From positions 11,086,556-11,150,555 of the forward strand of contig NC_068984.1 of the NCBI RefSeq assembly GCF_001194135.2: a DNA stretch of 64,000 nt, written 5' to 3'. The DNA is from Octopus bimaculoides (lineage: Eukaryota). The notes under the pieces are model-generated. The model was given only the letters and a program-made list of their open reading frames with translations. It did no database searches and was not told the origin of the DNA. Both the position numbers and the translations under genes were made by a program. Positions 23,947-35,099 of this stretch are shown piece by piece; position 1 is the stretch's first letter; each line of letters begins with the position of its first letter.

Positions 23947-25270
23947 CGACAACAATCAAATGATATTTGGTTATATTTCCATTTAATCGGATTGTGAGGA
24001 ATTACTGGAAACGAATTTGGTTTTGCCGAGAAGACATTTGTTGTGTTTTTCAATGTATTTTTTTGGTCTCAACCAACCACTTTGCCGTTATTTATTAAAA
24101 TAAGTGACTAATTGCTATTGTGTAGCCGACCAAGAACAAGTAGGGCTTTGGAATAATTATGTCTATGCAATAAATAAATAAATAAGCAAGCAAGCATGCA
24201 TGCAAACCGAAAACTCTTCAAGTATTTGATTGTGTATGGAGTGGGCCTGGTTAACCAAATGATTGAGTAAGGCTGAAAAACACAAACCCAAGTTCCGTAG
24301 CTTTCCAACAATCCAACATTGTTGAATCGTTTCCTTTTTTTTACTTTCGAATGTTTCAGCTGTTACAACAAAACAAGAAAAGAAAAAAATTAGGAAACAA
24401 AACAATAGAAAAAAGAAACATTGGTATTTTCATTTCTATGATATTGTTGTTGCTGTTGTTGTTAAATTGGACAAGAGAGGTATAATGTCTGTGATTGTTG
24501 GATCTGAATAGTCATTGTCAAAGCAGCACATTGGCACCTTTTGTTAGAGTTTGTTGCAGGAGTGGAGTACTGTTCTGTATGTGTGTGTGTACACGTGTGC
24601 TCTCTCAAAGCAACAACAAAGAAATAAATAAAACAAAACATAGAATTTCAGAAACTAAATATGAATAAAAAAAGAAAAAAAGAGATGACATACACCTCTG
24701 CTATTTTTTTAAGATTGATTCAATGAAGCGTATTAACATTTACAATGCAAGTTGTATTTTTATGGAAATGCTTCCGAGATGAGGAAAACAAGAGAATTAT
24801 AATAGAAACAGCAACAACAACAGCAGCACTGTTGATTGTGTTAAAGATTGTAATCTGTAGCAATTGAAACAATACCTCTGAAATTCCAAATATGCCACAA
24901 TAAATCAAGTTACTGATTGTTTGAGATAAAACAAAATATATCTACCATGCTGATATTTTAATTTGTTATTCGAGTTTCACAAAAAATTAGTGTCATTTTA
25001 AAATAAGTTCCTTGATCAAAAGATGTTATATAGGTTGTGTATGCAGAGGTCATTCCCCAAAACACAATGGAAAGCTGGACCAAATAAATCATCATGATTC
25101 AGTGAGTGAACAAGGAAATTTCTGAAAAAGAATTTTGACATGATTGGTTTTGTTTATTATGTTCGATATTTCACTATTCAATATATATGAAACATGTCAA
25201 TATTCTCTGACATACCGTTTGCCAGTTCCTGCGATTCCCAATCTTTTATGGCTGACTTGCACTCACATTC

Positions 25271-25307
<37 letters not shown>

Positions 25308-25311
25308 TCCG

Positions 25312-25346
<35 letters not shown>

Positions 25347-25572
25347 ACTGCAATTTGTCTGCCATAACAATTCTGTGTATAAAATGCCATACAGAATCAA
25401 ACTTCTGACATATGTATCGTTTAGTCTTTGCCTTCTCTCCAATGACAGAATCTCTTTGTTGCCAACAGAGATAGCACTTCTGTCTCTAAACAAATACCAT
25501 TTTCTTCATATGTTAGATTCAACCAGTTGAGACACCCAACGCCTCTCACTTCACAAAGTATTTAGGTATTAA

Positions 25573-25772
25573 CCCTTTAGTGTTTAAACTAGCCCGATGT
25601 GGCCCAAATAGTCTACCTGTCTTGTGTTCAAACTGGCCAGATTCAGCCTCTCACACCTACATTCTAAAGATCAACAACCACATCATCAAAATCTCAAAGC
25701 TACAAGATAAGACATGATTAATTCAAAATAAATAAGAATTACATTTGACAAAATAATCTGAATGTTAAAAGG
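25573..25772. mobile_element. piggyBac-type MITE (family P2)
   Basis: TTAA|CCCTTTAGtgtttaaa ... aatgttaaaaGG|TTAA. Confidence 0.8.
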
Positions 25773-26457
25773 TTAAATTTAAAAAAACAAAAGGAAAGAT
25801 TTTTGCCCAAGGATTCCACAGCTAAGGTTAAAAATTTTTTTAGAAAAGCACAGGAGTGGCTGTGTGAAAGTAGCTTGCTTACCAACCAATGGTTCCAGGT
25901 TCAGTGTTAACATGCCGGGCGAAATGCTTAGTGGTATTTCGTCTGTCTTTACATTCTGAGTTCAAATTCCGCCGTGGTCAACTTTGCCTTTCATCTTTTC
26001 AGGGTCAATAAATTAAGTACCAGTTGTACTAGAGTCGATCTAATCGACTGACCCCATCCCACAAAACTTCAGGCCTTGTAGAAAAGAATAGCAGTAACAA
26101 CGATGATTAACTTTAATAAGAATAACAGTATCAATAATAATAATAATAATAGTAATAATAATAATAATAACAGAATGACAACAGAAACAACACCAATAAT
26201 AATAATAATAATAATGATGATGATGCATATCTTAAAACTCCTATATTGTCTTAGTTGATCCATTTCCAGAGCAAAGTAGATTACTGAAGTAAAACATCTT
26301 ACTTAATCCCTTCAATTTAAGATCTTTAATCTTTGACTACTAATTAACATTGCTTAATTACACTAGTCAATATGGTGGCCTTAGCCAGTTTGTTTTGATG
26401 TGAGTCTGTTAGCATTTCATTATACTTGTAGGATAATGGATTATTACTACTACTATT

Positions 26458-26836
26458 AAGGCGGCGAGTTGGCAGTGTTGTTGGCACAGCGAGCAAAATG
26501 CTTTGAGTTCAAATTCCATCAAAGTCGTCTTTGCCTTCAAGTCCTATCAGGATCAATAAAAAAAAGTACCATTTGAGTACTGGGAGGAGGGGGGTCGATG
26601 TAATTCACTAGCCCCCCCCCCTCTCCTCTGCACTTGTTGGCCTTATGATGCATTTTGTCCATTTTTATTGCTTTGCATTCAAATTCCGCCGAGGTCAACT
26701 TTGCCTTTCATCCTTTTGGGGGTCGATAAATTAAGTACCAGTTACGCACTGGGGTCGATGTAATCGACTTAATCCTTTTGTCTGTCCTTGTTTGTCCCCT
26801 CTATGTTTAGCCCCTTGTGGACAATAAAGAAATAAG
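26458..26836 (+). mobile_element. Two partial SINE-B copies in tandem
   Basis: Head aaggcggcgagttggcag to about 26650; second copy from the B-box (about 26675) to tail agccccttgtggacaataaagaaataag. Confidence 0.85.
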
Positions 26837-27141
26837 AAGACTTAAGTTAGAAATAATTAAAAGACAAATGGATATGGTTAATGGAATTGTGATGGTGTTT
26901 TTGTTGATATTTTTGTTGGTGGGGTGTTTTTGCATAAAAGAAACTAGGCAAGATTGTGTTTTTGTTTAAAATGGAAAGAGAAATTAAGGCGAGGGAGATG
27001 CTGAAATGCTTGAGTGGTGATGTATGAGAAATTTGAATCAATTACTGATAATAATAGAAGGAAACTTTGCTTAGGACTGTAAAAATTGTGACTCAGTAAA
27101 TTAGTAATTAAGACATGAGGGAATGAAATTATAAAGTATAC

Positions 27142-27202
27142 CTGCTGAAATCATACCACAGCAGTAGAGAAATGGGAAAATGAAAAACAGATGGAAATAC
27201 AT
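27142..27202 (-). CDS. Candidate signal-peptide exon MYFHLFFIFPFLYCCGMISA(G)
   Basis: Acceptor atttggtcctattgcttcAG|ATG, donor CAG|GTatac (phase 1); hydrophobic core ending in ISA. Confidence 0.25.
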
Positions 27203-27480
27203 CTGAAGCAATAGGACCAAATTTCAATATGTATATAACATTAATTTACTCTCTTGGGGCATTAGTATTAATTCTTTAAAGCATTGATATAGGCTACACC
27301 ACCATCATCATCAATATTACTGTTATCTATAGGGCAGCCAAAAGGAAGGATAGAATGTTAACATAATTTAGTAAATACTTTACAATGTTCATTGCCCCTT
27401 TACTGTCTAAGGTCAACTTTGTCGGTCCAATTCTGTCCTTTTGTCCATTTAGTATCCGTCAAATAAACAGCTGTCACAAG

Positions 27481-28089
27481 AATTGTTTCTGTCTTTAGAT
27501 TCCACATTCGAGTTACCTCTATTTCCAGGTCTTTGTATTTTGAAAGTTTCTCCATTTCTTTTAGGGAAACGTTGTCATCTGCTGGTAATGATACATCAAT
27601 TAGGAAGCTTTTTTTCCCCATCATGATCTCTGACAACTATATCTGGCCTATTGGTCTTAATTTCTCTATCTGTGTCTATTGGCATATCTCAGAGTATGGT
27701 TGCTTTCTCGTTTTCTGTGACCTTTTCTGGCATGTGTCTATACCATCTTTTTTCTGTTGTTATTCCATAGTTTTGGCATAGCTTCCGACTCTGTCGTGTC
27801 TGTGAATATATTCCTTCTTAGCCAGGACTGGGCAGCCAGAGATAATATGATTTATTGTTTCTTGTCCATCGCCACATATTCTGCAGTTACTTGTTATGTT
27901 TCTTTTCATTATATGGTTTTGGTAATTTCTGGTGGGGAGGCTTTGGTCTTGTGCAGCAATTAAAAATCCTTCAGTCTCTGCTTTGAGTCCTGAGCTTCTC
28001 AACCATTGCTGGGATTTTTCTCTGTCTATTTCTTTTGCATTTAGTTTAGCCCAGTATTTACCATGTAGGGGCTTTTCTTGCCATTGTTT
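27481..28089 (-). pseudogene. Non-LTR retrotransposon fragment with CCHC knuckle and restriction-like endonuclease (R4/Dong-like)
   Basis: GLKAETEGFLIAAQDQSLPTRNY, CRIC-x7-HIISGC, RHD, RPDIVV, LIDVSLP, KLSKYKDLEIE; frameshifts and a TGA; starts right after (TAA)n. Confidence 0.9.
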
Positions 28090-28103
28090 TATTATTATTA
28101 TTA

Positions 28104-28345
28104 TAGTAGATGTCACACTGTATACAATATTGTGAGGTTGTTGGTTGAAGATATTGTGTCTACTGGGGGTTTGTATTGTTTGTCAAGTCACAACAAGGAC
28201 CTCAGACAGACAGTACTTTACATAATATGTGTGCAATTCCAAGTAATGCCGACATTTGCAATACACCCAGATTGTAGGATATTTCTAAAGTTCTCAGATG
28301 CTTTTACAGATTGGGTGGTATTGAACCCAATGTTCCGGTTGTTAT
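28104..28345 (-). pseudogene. Second RLE-type LINE fragment: extreme C-terminus plus 3' UTR ending in (TAA)n
   Basis: ITTGTLGSIPPNL*KHLRTLEISYNLGVLQMSALLGIAHILCKVLSV* (28345-28202) resembles the GALG...LQK.ALLGTAHILRKVL terminus of R4/Dong elements. Confidence 0.75.
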
Positions 28346-28360
28346 AGCATTTGAGCAAAA

Positions 28361-28827
28361 CAGTGGTTCTCAGCCAGGGTTTTATAAAAGTTTTGAGAGG
28401 TAGGTATCACTTAGAACCCACTTCAAACCCAGGCTACACCTGCTCTGATAATCAGTGGTGACTTGGTCAGCAAATCGTTTGTAATGGTCAACAATTGACA
28501 TCAAGATAAACTGCCACAAATCACACTACCCCAAAGTGTGTATACATGTGACTGGAACCACATGTGAACTTTGAAAATGTCAGAGCCACCTTGACCCATC
28601 CTGTATGAATGCCACCACAAGTACAGGTAAACACATATAAAATTTATGTGCAATAAATTGGTTGTACTTCTGCAACTCATTATATTTTAACAATTTTTTT
28701 TTTATGCAATTTCTAATAATATTTAATTCTAAAAGTGTAATAGGATATTTTGAAACCTCAAATAGCCTTGAGAGTCCAGTAGAGTGAAATAGGGTCCATA
28801 GGGAACAAAAATGGTTGAGAATCACTG
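28361..28827. mobile_element. hAT (Charlie-like) MITE, 467 bp
   Basis: TIRs CAGTGGTTCTCAGCC / GGTTGAGAATCACTG; 8-bp TSD gagcaaaa / gagcaaag. Confidence 0.9.
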
Positions 28828-29329
28828 GAGCAAAGGGTTTCACATATCATTTCTATTAGTAAACATCTGGTGATATAATTTCATTATTTTGAAAGTAGAG
28901 TTTGAGAGGAAATTCCTACAGAAATTATTTAACTCCCAATGTAAATTTAATGCTGTTTTTTTTTTTTTTTTTATCCTTGGTAGGGAATACTGTAAAATTC
29001 ATTCTTTCACATATTCTCAATTATTATTTTAATTTAGGGAAATTCTGTTTATATATATATATTTTCTTTTGCGCTTTTTGTTTTACTACTTTTATGATAA
29101 TGGCTGGCTAATGACACCTAAAGAGCCAGCTGTCACCCACCAGTGAGTATTGTTTGGTAGCATGTACCATGCTTTTGCTAATTGTTTTAGGTGTTCACAA
29201 CAATGTAGTTGTGAGCAGAGATAGACACGCCCATGACTTTCCTCTCACTCAGTGACATCCAAGATGAGAGAGAGAAACAGACAGAAACAGAGAAAGAGAG
29301 CTGCATCAGCACTTGGCTGTTTCTTATTT

Positions 29330-29463
29330 CAAGCTAGATAGAATGGAGCAATGTGAAATGAAGTACTTTGCTCCAAAACACAACATGCTTTCTGGTTCGG
29401 GAATTGAACCCACGACTTTATGATAATCAGCTGAACACTTGAACCACTTAGCTACGTGCCTTC
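29330..29463 (-). mobile_element. SINE family C head fragment
   Basis: Minus strand gtagctaagtggttcaagtg ... gggttcaattccc A/B boxes. Confidence 0.7.
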
Positions 29464-29559
29464 ACCTAATGATGCCACAGTAAATAAAGCCAATTGGATC
29501 GTCTGCAGACTGATATCAAATCAATATTACACTTACTTACTTAGATACATACATACTTT

Positions 29560-29750
29560 TACATGCCGATGGCATGTAAAAGCACCCACTGCACTCTTGG
29601 AGTGGTTGGCGTTAGGAAGGGCATCCAGCTGTAGAAGCATTGCCAGATCAGATTGGAGCCTGGTGCAGCCACTGGCTCTCCAGACCTCAGTCAAACCATC
29701 CAAACCACGCCATCATGGAAAACGGACATTAAACGATGATGATGATGTTG
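29560..29750 (+). mobile_element. RTE-LINE 3' tail fragment followed by (TA)n
   Basis: ggcatgtaaaagcaccc ... ggacattaaacgatgatgatgat. Confidence 0.85.
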
Positions 29751-29781
<31 letters not shown>

Positions 29782-30781
29782 NNNNNNNNNNNNNNNNNNN
29801 NNNNNNNNNNNNNNNNNNNNNNNNNNNNNNNNNNNNNNNNNNNNNNNNNNNNNNNNNNNNNNNNNNNNNNNNNNNNNNNNNNNNNNNNNNNNNNNNNNNN
29901 NNNNNNNNNNNNNNNNNNNNNNNNNNNNTATATATCAATCAGAGTCTCTGGTTTGTTCTTGAGCTATTTAAAAGGTTGTGTACAAAATCTGGAAATTTAA
30001 AAGAAAAGAAAAACAAGAAAATTGCACTGGATAATGATTTTCAATCCTTTCAAATATTTCAGACATTTATGTACATAGATCAACATTTTAGTCATAAAAG
30101 CTCATCTCGTTACCAGGTTATAATATTAGTAATTTGTTCCAGTTTATTTGAGATTCTTAATGAACTTTTCATCCATTCACACTCCTACATTATGCTTGCA
30201 TGCCAGCTGGCTGGCATGCGTGTCAGCTTTCCATTGGAAGTGAAGTCTATTTCTGTTTCACTTTCATTAATGTTCAGCCATTCACACAAATGGCTTCATT
30301 AACAGTGCATATCATTAACATAATAATGAGGAGCATTGCTGGTAATTATTCTTTCTGTGAGGATCAATCATGTCGGTTATGGAGTGGATAATGATGCAGG
30401 CTTTATCACAGGATAACAGTTCTGGTAATGTAGTTTTTTATATATATTTTTCTACAAAATTCTGTGCAAGTCATGGTGTTTTTTTGAAACTTTGAGGAAT
30501 ACTTTGAAGGGAATATGTAAATTTGTTAATAATTATCAGGGGACACTTTATTAATTACATTAATTATTGTTATCCCTAATGTTTCCCATTTACCTCTCTA
30601 CATATTGTTTTTTTCTTTAGTATGGTCAGATTTTGATGCTTACGCATGCACATATATATGTACATATGCATATATACATATCCATATACATACATTCATA
30701 TCTTTACACTCACACACACAAATTTATATACACATACACACCTGTACAAATTTGTTTTATATATACATACATATATATATA

Positions 30782-31097
30782 TGTGGCGTGCAAGAGAGAC
30801 GATTGCGCTGGTATGGACATGTGGTGAGAATGGAGGAGGATAGCTGCGTGAAAAAGTGCCACACCCTAACAGTTGAGGGAACCCGTGGAAGAGGTAGGCC
30901 CAGGAAGACCTGGGCTGAGGTGGTGAGGCAAGACCTTCGTACATTGGGCCTCACCGAGGCGATGACTACGGACCGAGACCTTTGGAAATGGGCTGTGCGT
31001 GAGAAGACCCGGCAAGCCAAGTAAGATCGTTGCCAGTGCCCCTGGACTGGTTCTTGTGCGGGTGGCACATGAGATGCACCATTTTGAGCGTGGCCGT
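30782..31097 (+). pseudogene. RTE-clade LINE, ORF C-terminus and start of 3' UTR (runs into N-gap)
   Basis: CGVQERRLRWYGHVVRM...GTRGRGRPRKTW...DRDLWK is the typical RTE C-terminal signature; stop ends at 31024. Confidence 0.9.
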
Positions 31098-31638
31098 NNN
31101 NNNNNNNNNNNNNNNNNNNNNNNNNNNNNNNNNNNNNNNNNNNNNNNNNNNNNNNNNNNNNNNNNNNNNNNNNNNNNNNNNNNNNNNNNNNNNNNNNNNN
31201 NNNNNNNNNNNNNNNNNNNNNNNNNNNNNNNNNNNNNNNNNNNNNNNNNNNNNNNNNNNNNNNNNNNNNNNNNNNNNNNNNNNNNNNNNNNNNNNNNNNN
31301 NNNNNNNNNNNNNNNNNNNNNNNNNNNNNNNNNNNNNNNNNNNNNNNNNNNNNNNNNNNNNNNNNNNNNNNNNNNNNNNNNNNNNNNNNNNNNNNNNNNN
31401 NNNNNNNNNNNNNNNNNNNNNNNNNNNNNNNNNNNNNNNNNNNNNNNNNNNNNNNNNNNNNNNNNNNNNNNNNNNNNNNNNNNNNNNNNNNNNNNNNNNN
31501 NNNNNNNNNNNNNNNNNNNNNNNNNNNNNNNNNNNNNNNNNNNNNNNNNNNNNNNNNNNNNNNNNNNNNNNNNNNNNNNNNNNNNNNNNNNNNNNNNNNN
31601 NNNNNNNNNNNNNNNNNNNNNNNNNNNNNNNNNNNNNN
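31098..31638. other. Assembly gap (largest); others at 20102-20182, 29782-29928, 46348-46362, 57358-57500
   Basis: Runs of N, mostly next to microsatellites. Confidence 0.99.
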
Positions 31639-31758
31639 TTATAAGCCTAGTACTTATTCTATCGATCTCTTTTGCCGAACTGCTAAGTTACAGGGACATA
31701 AACACAACAGCATCGGTTGTCAAGCGATGTTGGGGGACAAACATATACACACTCACAC

Positions 31759-31804
<46 letters not shown>

Positions 31805-31968
31805 GACGGGCTTCTTTCAGTTTCCGTCTGCCAAATCCACTCACAAAGCTTTGGTCGGCCTGAGGCTATAGTTGAAGACACTTACCAAAGGTGCCACGCA
31901 GTGGGACTGAACCCGGAACCATGTGGTTCATAGGCAAGCTATTTACCACACAGTCACTCCTACACCTA
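31639..31968 (-). mobile_element. SINE family A (tail lost in gap)
   Basis: Reverse complement of reference head and core. Confidence 0.85.
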
Positions 31969-32521
31969 AATGATCGTTATAACTTGTAAAACCGGGGATG
32001 AATCAAACTTTTGGATTGGACACTTCTAAACTTTTAATGATGTTTTGACAAAAACTGACTGGCCACAACAAACAAATCAAATCAAATCCATCCGGGAAGA
32101 GATGTTACAAGCATTCCCATATATAAGACACATTACTACATATATGCATGAAATGATAGAAATACATACATACACATTTTATAGTATTTTGCTGTTTTTC
32201 GGGGATTACTGCCGACTATAAATACTTTTGGTGATACATCAGTTTTAATATAGTCAAATGTAGTGATATTGCTGTGTGAAATCATCTTGTAAAAACCTGT
32301 AATCTCCAAACCTGAAATTATTTGGCAATTTACTCACAGGTACACTGTCATTAGAACATTGGAATCATTAATTGAGAATTGTTCTAATTAAGTGTTTCTG
32401 AACTTCATGGTTTATCTAACCATAGAATAGTGGCTTCTAAACTACAGTTTTAAAATTTCCTTTTCATTGTCTTAATTTCATGAAGAAAGAATGTTAATCC
32501 TTTTGCAATATTTAGTATTTC

Positions 32522-32720
32522 AAGGCAGCGAGCTGGCAGAAACATTAGCACACCGGGCGAAATGCTTAGCGGTATTTCATCTGAGTTCAAATTTCGCTGA
32601 AGTTAGCTTTTCCTTTCATCTTTTTAGGGTCGATAATTATGTACCATACTGGGGTCGATCTAATCGACTGGCCCCCCTCCCCCAAAATTTCAGGCCTTGT
32701 GCCTTGAGTAGAAAAGAATA
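32522..32720 (+). mobile_element. SINE family B
   Basis: aaggcagcgagctggcagaaacattagcac ... aggccttgtgccttgagtagaaaag. Confidence 0.85.
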
Positions 32721-32784
32721 TTTAGTATTTCACTGAAATAATTTCAGTTTTTCATATTTTAGGGAAATATCTTTCTTCTTCATA

Positions 32785-33190
32785 AGCTGTGTAGGCAAGA
32801 AGCTTGCTTCCCAACCATGTGATCTTAGGTTCAATCCCATTGCTTCACACTTTGCGCAAGTGTCTTCTACTTTAGCCCCAAACTGACCAAACCCTTATGA
32901 GTGGGTTTGATAGGCAGAAACTGAAAGAAGCTCATCGAATATGTGTGCATGTTCCCACGCACATTTCTCTACTCTTGTCTTGACATCACGCACTGATTGT
33001 AAATGATCATCACTGTTATACATTTCCACTGTTCATTTCCAGTCTTCCTTGAGGAAATATTACTTTGCTTAGAAAACAGATAAGAGTTGGTAATGAAAAG
33101 GTCGTCCAGCCATAGAAAATCTGCCTTGACAAATTCTGTCTGACTCATGCAAGCATGAAAAAAGTAGATGTCAAAACAATGAAGATGATA
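32785..33190 (+). mobile_element. SINE family D: family-A head plus a different body and an RTE-like tail
   Basis: Head as family A to gaaactgaaagaagc; then cttgtcttgacatcac...gaaaatctgccttgacaaattctgtctgactcatgcaagcatgaaaaaagtagatgtcaaaacaatgaagatga. Confidence 0.75.
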
Positions 33191-33208
33191 ATAACAATTA
33201 CTACTACA

Positions 33209-33243
<35 letters not shown>

Positions 33244-34024
33244 AACTATTTGTTCATGACATTTCAATTGGAGAATTCTAGATTTTGATCCTTCTGTGTT
33301 AAACAATGAACACAGTAGAGTTATATTCTTAGTATATTCTAGTTAATAACCCAGTTTTAATTCTTGGTTTAGCTATTAAATGTTTCTTGTGTTGTTGATG
33401 AATTTAGAAAAGATATTAACATTAAAACTTTCTATTTCATTTACATTTTTATTTTTCCTAAAATCTTCATTGCATCTTGCCACCTTTTCAATAGTCTTTG
33501 ACTCTGTCCATTATCCTAGCCACCTTCTTTTTGTTTGTTTGTGCACATGTATATGGATCAGAGTGTGTATGTATGTAAGTGTGTGTATAATTCTCTGTAA
33601 ATTACAAGCATTTGGTCTTTATAGATAATGAATTCTGCAACAGGCTGATCTTAGTGTTTTTGTTTATTTGTTCTCGTTGGCTTGGTCTGGCGGTAGGGAC
33701 TGTATCAACATAGTTTGACAAGACCAGCTATATGAACTACATGTTGCCTCTTAAATGTTTTGCATGTTGACAGCTGCAGGAAAGACATTTTGCAAACAGA
33801 GGTTTCCTGAAGGATAACATTCCGGGTGGGAAGAACTAGAGTTAGCTTGTTTAAGTCCCTGTAACTTAGCAGCTCAGCAAAAGAGATTGATAGAATAAGT
33901 ACCAGACTTTACTTGAAAAAATAAGTGCTGGTGTTTATTTGTTTGGCTAAACTTTTCAAGGTGGTGCTCCAGTATGACTGCAGTCCAATGACTGAAACAA
34001 AGAAATGATAAAAAATACACTATA

Positions 34025-34312
34025 ATGAGGACTATGTACTGCAATAGCTTGGAATTCAAGGGCCCACAGCTTGCCAAAACATCTGAGGGATCTCCATGGA
34101 GTGGGAGTAGATGTTTTCAAGAAACAATTTGACCTCTTGCTGTCCAAGATCTCAGATGAACCAATACCAAGGCAGGAAACTCAGAAGAGAGCAGCAGTGT
34201 CAAATTCTTTCACCAAGAGCCAATCACATAGAATTGACCAATTAAAAGGTGATTACACTGGCAAGTGCCTCAGCATGGCCACAGCCTCAGGGCTGAAACA
34301 CATAACAGAATA
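34025..34312 (+). pseudogene. CR1/L2-group LINE 3' end fragment
   Basis: YCNSLEFKGPQ / LPKHLRDLHGVGVDVFKKQFDLLLSKISDEP...RAAVSNS resembles the conserved C-terminus (GP.LFN.LP..IR....FK..LD.FL..VPDEP...RAA.SNSL) of CR1/Jockey-superclade LINEs; clade assignment tentative. Confidence 0.7.
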
Positions 34313-35099
34313 ACACGCACCAACTCTAGTCATTCTAGTGCTCTCTAATAATTAAGATACATAGATTTAAAATGACACCAGGAATATTAAAAAAATGAAG
34401 CTGTTAACAAGAGAAGCGAGAAGTGATTGTAGTTATGCAATCATTTTCACATTAATAGAATGGAGTTTTTTTCCTCCAATGTCTACACATCAATTTTAAG
34501 GACCAAATTTGATAATTTGATTGAATAATTTCAGTTTTTTTCATTGGTTAAATCAATTAAAATTAAATTTTCTCATTGAGACTAGAACATACAGCTTTCA
34601 AGGAATTTTTTTAATTTTTAAAAAAAATTTTCATTTCTTTTTTTTTTTTCCTATCTCTATTCATTTCTGTGTAATTTGGAATCAATTCTGGTATTTCATC
34701 CTTTCATTGTCATCAATAAAAGAAAATGTTAGTAATTTTCTAAGATTGATCCAATCAGAAACATTATTCTTCCCGAAAGAACATTTTGCATTCTCCATTC
34801 CTTTTGTTATTTTATGTTTTTTCTTTCTTTTTTTTCCAAATAATTTTTCATCCATTTTTCATGCCACCATATTTCGGATGTTTTGAACAGTTTGTATTTT
34901 GTATGAATTATAGCACTTTTGGTTTATCTTCCAATGTCTTTCCTCTAGCTGCGCTAGGACTACTTGTCCATGCTCAGGTCTGTGCTACTCTGCTTGTTTT
35001 ACAGTTAGATTAACTTTAGAAGATAAAACAATGCTGCTTATCTTAGAATTATGCAGATTAGCATACCCGAATCCCACCTTCACCACTCTTTCTCTACCA

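Noticed and set aside
30999-31871. Longest ORF in the track (290 aa); also 29456-29962, 29736-30302 and 57327-57971
   Set aside because: Length comes from N-gaps read as X plus SINE or microsatellite sequence.
34521-34886. 121-aa Phe/Ile-rich ORF as a membrane protein
   Set aside because: Composition reflects T-rich DNA with poly-T runs; no domain signal.
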